A DNA stretch of 64,000 nt from Cenococcum geophilum (lineage: Eukaryota): assembly GCA_050273025.1 (NCBI GenBank), contig CP158635.1:15562001-15626000 (forward strand), written 5' to 3'. The notes beneath the pieces are model-generated. The model was not told the origin of the DNA. It did not search any database and worked only from the letters and a program-made list of their open reading frames with translations. Made by a program: the position numbers and the translations under genes. Shown piece after piece: positions 24,634-37,300 of the stretch; the stretch's first letter is position 1, and each line of letters opens with the position of its first letter.

Positions 24634-25675
24634 CTACCCATTTTTGCCGTTTGTTCCATTGGTTCCAACAAATACTACCTGGACAGCGGCAAACCTATAA
24701 AGAGTCAGAACTAAGACACAGTATCTCAAGGTCCCTTCCAGCATAGAAAATCAATCTAAGACGTACGCAGCAGTGACGGCGAAAACTTCGCTTCTCTTCG
24801 CGTTTGTGAAGCCGAGAAGGCAAAGCGAGACGATGATATTAAAGCCTGCAATGATGGCAAGCCGTGCAAGTATCGACCTGATGCAGTACAGGATGATGAT
24901 TGAAGAGACGGGCAGCAATGAGGCAAGGATGCTGGTGATCCAGTACGTGATGCGCAGCAGCTTACTATCTAAGTAGACGACCCTCCCGTCGACAGGCGAC
25001 GGTTTGCGCCAGCGGTGGCCACCATATCGGAAGAATATCTTCATACCCGTGCCGGTTACCCACTTCGAGAATGGGTCCTCATTATGCCGGGCCTGTAAAG
25101 TGACTAGATCCGGAACATGCAACTTTGGCTCTGCTACCGAGCCCCAAATATCCGCGTCCGGGCCGGTCATTATTAGGGGGCCCATATCGCGTGATTGCAT
25201 ATATCGCTGAATATATTCTAGGTCGTATTCAGAGGGTTCCGGCATACTAGTAAGGAAATATTGTAGCCTTAGAGCTTTATCTAGCGCCGTGAACGTTAGT
25301 AATAGGCCTTCTTTCTATACTAACTATTTACTTACTATACTCTTTTAATTTTGCCTTAATCTCCATCACCAGCCTTAGTTGCCTATTATCCCCAGGCGTC
25401 ATTGGGTTAAGTAAAAAGAAACAGTCTCGAGAATATTTGCTCTTATACAGCTGATCGCTCCGGCTATCCTCCCGCTCTAATTCACGGAGGTCGTTCTCCA
25501 GATGGATGAGTTCAGACTGCATGTAAAGCAGCATCTGAGCATTCAGCGTTCCAAATCGGCGGAACATGGCCATCTCTGGAACCATACCCATTCTTTCGCC
25601 AAGTTTTGGATACCCGGGAATCAGATCGTGGAGAAAGTTTGCAGCGGCTGAGGTACCGGCACCCTTGTTCGCCAT
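24634..25675 (-). CDS. DUF6594-type protein, ~304 aa, with C-terminal transmembrane helices, 3 exons (25675-25336, 25280-24767, 24694-24634)
   Basis: Canonical introns of 55 and 72 nt keep the frame. N-terminal GYPKLG..M...PEMAMFRRFGTLNAQMLLYMQSELIHLE and C-terminal hydrophobic segments ending AKRSEVFAVTAAFAAVQVVFVG match the DUF6594 pattern as I recognise it. Confidence 0.85.
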
Positions 25676-27180
25676 ATGCAGCGGCTTATTGGAGGCGACT
25701 GACGCTTCCCAACTGCTAGATTGTATCGAGTAGCTAGCGGTCAAAACAAATAAACGAACAAGCAACCAGATCTTCCAAGTCAAGGCGTTGGTTCCGAAAA
25801 TGTGCAGATATGGCTCCCCAGCCCCGTAGGGAACCTTTAGAAGAGGTTATCATGGGTTATTCTACAACAGATCCATCCCTGGTCTTCGGTATTATTCGCA
25901 AGGCTGAGAAGCTGACAGGCATCTGCTACTTCAATGGGCTGCAGCTGACGGTTGGGGTTAACATGCAGCTGACCATTATGGAACAACTGAGTCTTATGGG
26001 CTGCAATTTGAATAGGCTTGTAGTGTCAGCGCCTTGCAGCACAATTACAGACCCTCCCCGCATTAGACAGTTTCGTCAGCCAATATGCAGGCAAGGCAAG
26101 GTAAAATACGGTCGTAGGTCTACATTTGATTTGATCAAAACGTTCTGAAGCCACAAAGAATTTTTTTTTTAAACAAAAGCCTCCTGCAGACTAACCATAT
26201 AATTTTGGGAGAGTCCGTATGCGCTATCCGTAGCCGGTGGAAGAGGCAACGAGGCAATATGTCACGTTACTCTCATTTTCCAGGTGAGTGTGACCCTCGC
26301 CCGGCGTCTACTCAATGCCTAACTTCACGGTCGCTCGTGGACCGGGCCGGGCCGTATATGACTGGCATTGTGCAATACTATATACAAGACAACCCTGTTC
26401 AAGCCAGAAAACCGGAAGTTTAGGGACTCTCATGAAAGTACGAAAAACTCAAAACGCATTCGGCTGCGGCCACATGTCCGGCTGCGGGAATTACGCATCC
26501 CAGGGATTACAAATTATCTGTAAACAACCACCAACCACGCCTAAGAGCATCTTATCAATGCGGGACGGCTTTACTCTTCGGTCCGATGCAGCTATTTCTT
26601 CGATAGATCTAATTATTCCTGACAGCCTTGCGGTTTGCGCGGACTAGAAAATAATAGCAGTGGCTTCTCGTGTCTTTCGTCCCAACAGATTCAGTCCGCC
26701 GACATAGGCTTGGCTGTGCGAATAATATCATGCATGTGCTCCTGCACAGGCCAGCTAGAGCTTTAGTGTGGGTCCACTTGGCGGGGGTCCCACTTGGCAG
26801 AGAGGAAGCCTTACTTAGGCAGAATTGTCTAGGGTTATGATCACAACAATCGAAATTCGCGACCAAATCATCTCCACAACCCTGGCGAAATACCCCAAAC
26901 TAATACAATGTTTCTGTCATGGTTACTATTCAACAGGCAAACTAGAGGCGTGCCGCAGTACGACAAAAGCAGGCAGGGCAGCGCGAAACCCGAGGGCGCA
27001 GCAGGAAGGGGTCAGCGCATTCGGCCAATTGGACCCCCGCGCCAGTACAAACGCTCATAAATGGGACGACCTGCACTTTTTCCGAGGCTGATTCTGAACA
27101 ATTGAGTGAGCCTTTAGTGTGCCTCGTCGTAACAAGTTACCATTTACAAGATCACATACGCCCATACATGTGTCCCTATC

Positions 27181-27666
27181 ATGCAGCAATGGATATTATC
27201 CCTATGCTCTTGTCTTTCCCGGCCACGTCCAAAGGTATTTCTTTAATTCCAGCCGAGATGGCCCAAAATTTGCTTATCTGTTTCTCAGGGCAATGATCAC
27301 AACCACCTCCATCGTACCATTGACATCTACACCAACCTTGACACCGATCCACTTTCCTCAAGATTAGCAACCCTATCTCTCAACGCTGATTCCGATTTGA
27401 ATCTTATTTCCAAAAAACTCGTTAACGAAGTATTGAGCATCGAAACTCGCCCACATGACAAAGGAGTAGTTAGTGTTGATGGGCAGCAGGTGCGTTTACA
27501 AGGCTATGTAGACATACGTTGGAGCATAAATAGTGCGCCTCGAAAGATATATAGCACAAGATTCTACGTACCAGAGATAGATGATCCATCCTTCGATGTC
27601 AGACTAGCAAAACAAACCATCCAAGAATACGGGCTGCTGAAATCAAAATCTACAAGATACTGGTAG
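27181..27666 (+). CDS. Small retropepsin-like protein, ~143 aa, probably catalytically inactive, 2 exons (27181-27234, 27289-27666)
   Basis: ATG 27181 and a 54-nt GT..CAG intron give MQQWILSLCSCLSRPRPK|GNDH... Fold motifs LSLNADSDLNLIS, VSVDGQQVRLQGYVDIRW, TRFYV and FDVRLAKQTI. The DTG position reads NAD. Confidence 0.7.
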
Positions 27667-30600
27667 CCCTTGGATTGTAATCTCTCTCTACAACCTTTTT
27701 CTGTTGAATCGTAGCACTAATGCGTCTCCAACACAGCTCACCAAATAAATTTGTTTTCTCGTCTGTTTCGATTCCTTCCAGCTAGTTTTGATACGTCCGA
27801 GCCGCTTGCAGTGAGCCTAATTTTGGTTTCATCATACGCGTCATCTCTTCTCAGAACGACCCTATAATATTCCACGATGACACAAGGATTAACCCCTTTT
27901 CTGATGTTGCATTACGGCTGCTTTCCTCCTTGGAGCGAATCATGGACAATCACACTGTTGCATAGTTCAACTATCCAGACACTCCGTAGACAACGAAATT
28001 ACAACGGTTGCGAGTGACCCTGGCGGTTGGTTTTGGCGCTGGTTGTCAATTTTAGGTTTCGAAATTTTGAGGATCAAAGTTAAAGTGCTTTTGGGAGCAT
28101 GAATTCGAGAGATTACGATCATAGTGCTGATAATACTACGGCTGTACATGTGCTATCATACAACGAGTTGGTGTCTTAAGTTTCTTAATGAGGCTTCGCG
28201 TAGGATTTGGTAGAGCTCTCGCGGGGCGTTTGGTAGAGATTTTATAGGGCTCCGTGCAGAGCCCCGTATACAGCTTATTCCCTAAGCTTTCTTACAAAGC
28301 TCCTCCCAAAGTTCCACACCTCCATACCTTTACAGAAGCTTGTAATCGTTGCTCCTCCACCATAATAGCTTGTGGGGTGGTGCAGATTAGATGCATTACA
28401 TGAGAAGGGAGATATCTATAAAGTTATAGAGCGAATTTACGACATCTGCAGTAGAAAAATTATTACTATATAAGCAGGGCATAGATGTGGTTCTTTTTAC
28501 GTGACTCCCCAATTATATATAGTATATTCTTGGCAGTATAAAATTAACTGCTAAGCCCCTAAATAGATTAATTAACGCTTAATATAATATCTAGTAGTTA
28601 AAAAGAGGGGTTTTAAAGTCTTTAGACCTTACATATAGGCCACTACTAGTCGCACACTCCCTAATTACTGCGCGCACCCCTCCCCCCCTCCCCGGAACAG
28701 GCTTAGATCCTATTTCCTTATCTAAATATCTTTATATTAACTACGTATAGTTACGCGTACATAGCCTTCTTAATTACCGCCCCGTTTAGTATATTATATT
28801 CTAGTTTATGCTATTAAGTGAAACCTAAGTAGATAGTTATATAGGTATAAGGTATGGGGCGACCTAGGGGTGACTTGCCCGTAAGGCACGTGCAAAGCAC
28901 GTGCCTAGGGAAAACCCCTCCTACCTCGCACACAGACTCCTCCTTTTCCCTTAAGGATTCGTCTCTGTCTATACAATATACCCTATTATTCTATTATTAG
29001 ACTCCCTATCTATATCCTTACCTTATATTTAAATCCTTACCAATCCCCTTAGGAGGAGAGCTGGTTTAATTTTTCTATAATGCCTCTAAAAAGAAAACCA
29101 ATGCCTATACCCAACGGTAATACGCTAGCGATGTAACCGCAGAACGCCTTAGGATCTAGTATAGACGAAACCGCTAAAAGTATACTAGTAGCATCTAAGC
29201 CACCTTATAAACCTTAAAACGATTAAATATCTATAAACGTTAGAAATTAGTTTAATTTATATACCTAGACTTAATAGGAGCTTAGTAAGGTTACTAGCGT
29301 TCTGCCTAATACCGCTAATATAAAGGAGCTAGATAAGCTAGCTAAGAAAATAGTCAACTTATAGAGTATTATTAATTTAATAAAGCCCTCCTATGGCCTC
29401 TTTAGTAAAAAGTATAAGTTATATAGTAAACGCATACGCTAAATAAATCTTAACGCCCTAGTTAAGAAGTTACTACTTAATATTAACGGTATTACTTAAT
29501 AGTATTTTAACTGGTGGATTACTGCAGTTAAGAACCGATTTAAGGTTAATAATACTAACTATAACTATAAGCGATGTACGCGCTAGGCTATTAAAGGTCT
29601 TATAAAAGAAAAGATAATTACCTAACTAGTTTATTACCGGTTAGGTACTAAGAATAAGGGTCCTTTACTATAGGATAAGTTTAAGACTATAGTCTAAGAC
29701 CAAATTAGAAACCCTATAGTAAGACGCTTTAATAACGCTATAATATACTATATAGCTATTATAAAGGAGAACTAGAGGTTTAATGTCTTCCTAGACTATA
29801 TATATAGCTTAGAGGACCTCTTTTTATATACCCCTTTTATTAATCCTAAATAATAGGTAGACTTTTAGTTCTTATATTTTTTAGCCTACCTATAAGCAGA
29901 GCTCTTTTAATAGAATTTTACCTAATGGGTAAGAATAGCTAAGGACCTTTTTAATAAAATCCGCTGTATAGAGTAATTACTTAATACTATAAAGCTTACA
30001 GAAAATCACGTAAGGGGTAGCGGTAAATTATTGCGTATAAATATGACGGTGCTAGTGCGCGTTACCTGCCACATTTAACTAATTAGGATTTTCCATGCCC
30101 GGTATAGAAAATCGCTATTGGCTCGCTTACCACTAGCGCCTTGGCGGCCCTCGCGATATATCTACCTACTACCCCTAAACGATTCTCCTTCTTCTTCTTT
30201 TCCTTAGCTTAGTATCTTTACTAGATAGTAATCCACAAGCTTTAGTTTAGAGGTATTTGTGTAAGCCGTTACATTATACTAAGCTCTCCTTACACTGCCT
30301 AAGAAGGCCTTAATAATATCCCACCCCTAAAAAAGAGAAGATCTTCGTCTATAACGACGCGTCAACGCGCTATACTTAGACATTAAAATAACTCTACACT
30401 GCCTATAAAGACCTTAATAATACCTTATTTTGTAAGCTAGATAGGACTAGACCTATACCCCCTAGAATTAAAACCGAATTATATAATTCTAATAAACCTT
30501 AGGAAGCTAACAATGGCACCTAAAGCGAGCTTATTTAAAAGAGCTGCCCTAACCTAAGAAGAATACGAGATTTAATTAGGATCCGAAATTAAAGATAATA

Positions 30601-31308
30601 ATAATATTATGGATGTATATAAGCAGATTCGTGCCCTAACGGCTAATTAAGAAGCTAACTGTCTCTAAGCTTAAAGCATATAGGAGACCCTATAAGAGAT
30701 CCTAGACAGCCTTATAGCTCTTTAAAGTAGCTTAGCTCCCCCTTTTAGAAGTCCTAGTTAATCTATCTATTTAACTAAGGATGATATACTAGGGAGTACG
30801 GAAACGATAATAAAGCAATTGAAGTCCGTTAAGCTCTTTAACCCCTAACCACTATCTAATGGGATAGACCCTACCTTTAAGAATTAGAGGATTTAAATAC
30901 GAGGAAAGCTCTATATTAACTACAACTATTTCCTTTCTAAAGAAGCTAAGATGCTTTACCTCTTTGGTCAAACTACTAGGGACGCCTAAAAGTACCTCTA
31001 AGCCAAGTTTAAGAACAAGTTACCTATTTAGTTTACATCCGTTAATAAGATACTATAGCACCTAGTAGCTATCTACGTAAACCCAAATAAAGTATACAAC
31101 GCTAGGTATGATTATAATCGCCTAATAATAAGACTAAATTAATCCTTTACCGAGTTTTAGACCTAATTTCTATACCTAGCAGGCGAAGGCCAGGTCCTCC
31201 TTAAAAACTACTAATTAGACCTATACAATAAACTAATGGTTTAATTATAAGAGAAGATCGTAGTAGCCTTAGATAACCTACTAACCTACTAAAGACTTAC
31301 AGCCTAAT

Positions 31309-34300
31309 TATAAGGTAAGGATGTGGATAGGGAGTCTAATAATAGAATAATAGGTATATTGTATAGACAGAGACGAATCTTTAAGGGAAAAAGAGGAGTC
31401 TATATGCGAGGTAGGAAGGGTTTTCCCTAGGTATATATAGAGCACGTGCTTTACAGGCGAGTTACCCTTAGGTTACCCTATAGTCGCCTATACTTTACAG
31501 CTATATAACTATCTACTTAGGTTTTACCTAACAATGCCCCCCCCTTTAAAAAGGGTCATCCTTAATCCTTTATATGCTTAAGCCTTAATAAAACCCCATA
31601 AAAAACCTTAGTAAGGAAAAAATTTAAAGGGGAAAGAGCGTCTTAATTTTGCGTATAGAGAGACAGGTAGTACATATACGTAGCGCGAAGATATTAAGGA
31701 ACTTCGACTGGCGGTTAAAGTTGTCTAATTAGTTAGATTTGCCTTGCTAAGACTCCCCCGCATTTAACCGAGCTAGTAGCGATTTTATATACCCGGTATA
31801 GAAAATCCTAATTAGTCCATTTAATAGGTAGAGCCAGTAGAGCTTAATACCGTCGCTTAAATTTAGTAGACTAGAAATATTCTAAAGCTCGCTTATATAG
31901 GCAGGTCGCTAGTACCTCGTGGGTAGGTTATAGGTTATTTATATACAGCCAGATTCGTAAACGGTAAAGCTATATACCTATTAAATCCGCCGCTAACCCT
32001 ACTTTAGCCTTACGCTATACTGGCGTAGCGCCGTATATACTTCGCGGGTAGGTTATAGGTTATTTATATACAGCCAGATTAGGACGGTAAGGCTATATAC
32101 CTATTAGACCCGCCGCTAACCTATATTTTAGCCTTATACGTTATCTATATAGTATATACGTAGAATAGTATAAGTTATTAGTATAGGTTACCACTAGCGG
32201 GTTACTAGTAGGTTGTGGACCCTAGTTAAATAAACCCTAGTTATAAACGGGCCTATTCTCTAATATATAAATAATTTACTTAGCTAGTATAGAGTAACGG
32301 ACTAGGTCTAGGAAGGGTGCTTTCTAAATTAAGCTTCGTTGCTAGTATACGCCATGGCCTCGCCTATAAGTCATAGCAATTATTACTTATTCTTTAATCC
32401 CTTTAAACGTCCTCTATTCCGCTTTAATATAGGTTATATTTTAATAGCGGCGCTTACTTTTCGCCTACGCTTTAGCTATAAGGCTAGGGTATCCCGCTTA
32501 CGGTACTTATCTAATAGTTATTAATAATTCTTAAGTTCTGTCTTATATTTCCATTTATTATACTTATTTAGCCATCCTAGCCATTTAATAAAGTACTATT
32601 GTGGTGGGGTAAAATGGGCCACTACTTAGTGCCTTGGCATTTTCCTATATATATTGAGCCTTCGGCTTCTCTCCTTCTCCCTATCACGACCTACCAGCAA
32701 TACATTCTTTCCTTTCTTCTTACTGACTGCTTTCCTACTAATTGACTACGACTGACGACCGACCGACCGACCGACCGACCGACCGACCGACAGACAGACA
32801 GACAGCATTGTGACTTCCTATCTAAGAGGGACCGCGTCCACCACCACACTATGGTTATCTAGCATAATCCTAGTAGGTAATAATTACTTCTACTTCCTAG
32901 CTGCCTTCCTTAAGCTCTTTTACTACTAGGGGTTAAAACCTAGGGCGTAACCTATAAGGCTCTAGTAGGGAGATATAGAAGACTAGGTGGAGCCGTGCTA
33001 TAGTAGGTAGAAGCTCTAGCTTATATACTTACTATCCTACGCGCTCTAGGATCTAAAACGGTCCTATAAACTTATAGTTAAGCTTTTTATAGGGACGTTT
33101 TATGCGGATATTTTTAGAGGAAAGTAGGACTTATTTACCAACGGCGAAATGCTTGGCCAGATAGTAACGATTATAGTATTTTACCTAAAGCTATTAGGCG
33201 TACATTATTAACGCCACCGCTACTTTATATATAAGGCGTAGGCGTTATAGGTACGTCTTTACAAGTTTAACATTTATTAACTTAGACCCCTCCCCACCTT
33301 ATTAGGCGTCTTAAACACCGTCCAAGACTCTATCTAGGACGTTTAGTAGCTAGCTATAGGCAAGCTTAATAGGGGAATGCTTTATTATAGTATAGACCTT
33401 AGAGTTATAAGTAAAGGCTACTTCTTTAAGTAGGGAGGCCTAATTAAACTATTTCTAGTTTATAAATATACGTAGGTATACCTTAAGCTCCTAGTTCTAA
33501 CGCTCTGTCTAACTATCTATCTATAGGTAGAATATAGTGCTAAGTTTACGTTAAACGTGGAGATGGTAGTATATAGTGCTTTAGTACTCGCTTATAAATA
33601 TACTACCCCTATTAAAGATAATATTATCTAAAGGCCCTATTTATATAAAGACTCTAAATAAGAGTTCTGCGAGTTACGTAGCATTAATTATCTTACGTAC
33701 TAGATAATAGCGTACTAGCTTTATAAAACGGTTTACAAAAATAAGGACGGAGTTATACTCTACGTTAATAGAAGTCTTAGACTCTAGAAAATCCGTAATA
33801 AAGTTAAGTAAATAATGCCGCTAGGCTTAGGTGGGAGCCTAAAGAGGCTACAGCTTACTATAGGGTTTATAGCGGCGCGATTTAGAGCGTTAGTAGGTAT
33901 TATAATTATCTAGGTATTTACAGAGGTCCTAGGTAAGGCCGTTCTAAATATACTTCTATACAATTACCTTAAAGGTATAGTTAAAACTATAATAGCCGCC
34001 TATAGGATTATTATAATTTTGCTTAAGGATCTCCTATTATAATAGTATACAATCCGGCACCTAGACTTTATTATTTTGCCTTAGGAGTCCTTAATTATTA
34101 AGGGTATAGTCCTTATTACTAGTAGGAACTTATTCTTAGGTTAACTAATTATATATAAAGCGTATAAAGGCGTCCCTTTTTTATACTCCATAAATAAAAT
34201 TAACTAGTAACTTAGGGGGGTATTCCATAAACGCCGTTTTAGCTAAAGCAGCTACTACTACCTCTTACTATGGCACGAGACTTTGCGTAAAGTTGGTGCT

Positions 34301-37300
34301 AGTAAAGTAATATATAATACGTAGGTAACTCACTAGGTTATTATAGGGGACCATAGCCTAGGCTAAAGGGTCTTCCCTAGGGTTAAGCACTATTAGGCTA
34401 GTTAAGGTAGTCTTAAAGAGAATAGTAGGATACTCTAGTCCGCCAGCGCTAAGTTTATAAGGGTCGCTCGTATACTACACGTATACTACTTACTAGTTTA
34501 GTATAGTAGCACTAGGGCCGCCTATAAGGTCTATAACCTATAACTTTTGCTACAATATAGGCAGCATAGCATTAAGGATTGTCCTCTTACTGCTATTTTT
34601 AAAGCCTTTAGTATAATCCGGGCGCCAGGATAGTATATTAGTAGGATTTATCTTACCTAGCTTATATTTAATCTTAAAATTAAACTTAGCTAGTTCCTTA
34701 GCGTACTAGGCCTAGTAAGTAAATAAGCTCTTAGTGGTTATAAAGTACTTAAGATTATTATAATTATAGAGTACGCGCGTTATATACGCGGCGTATTTAA
34801 GGTAATAGCGCTATATCTTAAAGCATTATACTATAGCGAGTAGTTCTTTGTTATATGTATTATACTATACTTTTAGGCTAGTAAGCTTTTAACTATAATA
34901 AGTAATTAGGTACTAGTGAAGTTAATCTCCTTACCCTAAAGGCTGCAGAAGTATACCGCTATAGGCATAGTTAGAAGCGTTAGTAATCACTATTAAAGGT
35001 AGATTAGGGTTAAAGTGGTAAAGTAGAGGAGCCTATATAAACGTAGCGCGTAGCTTATAAAACGCCTACTATGCGTTATTAGGCTAGGACTAGGGTTAAT
35101 ATTATTTAGTAGGCCCTTTTAACTTACGCTTCTTCTTCTTCTCCCTATCTAATATTGGGTCGCGATATACCTATATAAGATATATATATAGGGGGTATAC
35201 AGTATCCGAGTAGTTCCAAATAAATCGCCTATAAAAGTTGGTAAAGCTAAGAAAGACCTAGATATATCTATAGGACTTAGGCTTAGGCTATTCCTTAATA
35301 GCTTTTACGCGGTTAGGGTCTATTATAATACCCTTAAGGGTAATAATAAAGCCTAGGAACTTAACGTTCTTAGTATAAAAGATATATTTTAATAGTTTAG
35401 CGTATAGGCCCTAAGCGCAGAGCTGTTATAGTACCTACTTAACGTGCTTAACGTGCTTAACCTTATTATTTAAGTAGATAAGAATATTATCTAGGTAAAC
35501 TACGTAGATAGTATCTACTAGGGTTTCTAGAGCTTTATAAATATAGCTCTAGAAAGTTATAGGGGCGTTAGTAAGACTAAAGGGCATTACTAGGTACTTA
35601 AAGTAACTATAGCGTATCTTAAATACGGTCTTCTATTTATCTCCCTTTTTAATATAAATCCTATAGTACGCATTATAAAGATCTAGCTTTATAAATATCT
35701 TTATATAGCTAAGCCTATTAAAGAGCTCGCCGACTAGTAATAGGGGGTACCAATTTTTAATCGTGATCTTATTTAGACGTCTATAGTCGACGTATAGCCA
35801 TATTATACCGTCTACTTTTAGCATAAAGAGGATAGGCGCTCTAGTAGGCGACTTACTAGGCCTAATCTAGTCCTTTTTAAGAGTACTGTCTAGGTACTTT
35901 TATAAGATCTATAACTCTTTCTATAAGAGGTTATAAAGGGGCATTTATAGTGGCGTTTTGCCTTCTTCTAAGTCGATCATATAGTTATACTTAGAGTTCT
36001 ACGGTAGTATGCTTACTAGCTTATTAGAGAAGACATTAATTTCCTCCTTATATACCTCTAATAGGCTAGGGGCTACGGAGGTTAAAGCAACTATTATATA
36101 GTAGTATACTTCTGAAAGCCAGTAAAGAAAAGGGTGCGGCCAATATATATTTCGCAGGTGTACTTATATAGAGAGTGTATACAGCTCTGCTACAGTATAC
36201 TTAATAGTTTTAGGGTTTTAATCACCTCCCCCTTACGTATAGGTAATCTGCGCCAACACTAGAGGGTCTCTATAGGTACTCACTGCTAGTAACAACAGGT
36301 CCTCTACTATATTTATAACCGGTATCTCTATATCCGGAGGGTCTATACAGGTACTCGCTACCAGTAATAATAGGTCCTCTATTATATTTATAACTGGCGT
36401 AAAAAAGGAGTCTTCTAGCTATAGCAAATAGACTATTTTACTAGCCTTAATATCTGCCAGAAGAGCGTTAAGGGTGACTATTTAGAGGCGTTTAGGGTCC
36501 GAAGTACCCTAGATAAACTATCTAGAATAAAAGCTAATTAATAGATTTACTTCCGCAAGCCAATCCTATTTAAGAACTATATTATAACTATTAAATAAGC
36601 CGCCCTAAAAGGTCTGCGGGCTAATAGTGCGAGAGGTACCCTAGAAGTTGCTAGTAGTAACCGTTAAATTATAAGCATCCTAAATTATTATCTGGTTACT
36701 ATTAAGGAAATATACAATAAGTTTACGTAAACGTAGCGTATAGCGTATAGGCAGGTTAAACCTATAGACGATATCTTAATTAATAAGGTTAATTTGGCAC
36801 CTATTATTATATAAAGCATATAGGCGGACTTTGCCCTAGGGCGTATCTATCGCGACATATACTACAATACATTTCTTCTTTCCCTCTATATTAGGCCCTA
36901 GTTACAGTTAAAAGAGATACGCTATTAGGGCTTTAGGTTTTCCAAAGCCTAAGCTAACTTCTCTTTATTAGCCTACTTCTAGTGTTCCTTATAGTAGCCA
37001 CTTACGGTCCTTTAACTCGCCTGCGTAGCACTAGCGTTTAAGGGGTCCCCTAAGCCATCTAGCTTTTAGATAGTCTCCCTAGGAGTTTACTTAGAAAAGT
37101 GTCGCCCTTTTTAGGTTCTATTTCCTAAGCCTAACTTTATAAAGCCTATGCTGCGACCGCGCTTTATACGCGATAATTTGCCGCTACCACTTACGCAATC
37201 TTCCGCGAGCTTTGTGGTATTAAGCAATTACTCTATATAGCGGATTTTGTTAAAGAGGTCTTTAGCAGTTCTTACCTATTAGGCAAAGTTCTGGCGGAAG

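Noticed and set aside
25810..27091. Short ORFs between DUF6594 and the small retropepsin-like gene
   Set aside because: No motifs or coherent splice structure. Treated as a divergent promoter region, though a small gene cannot be excluded.
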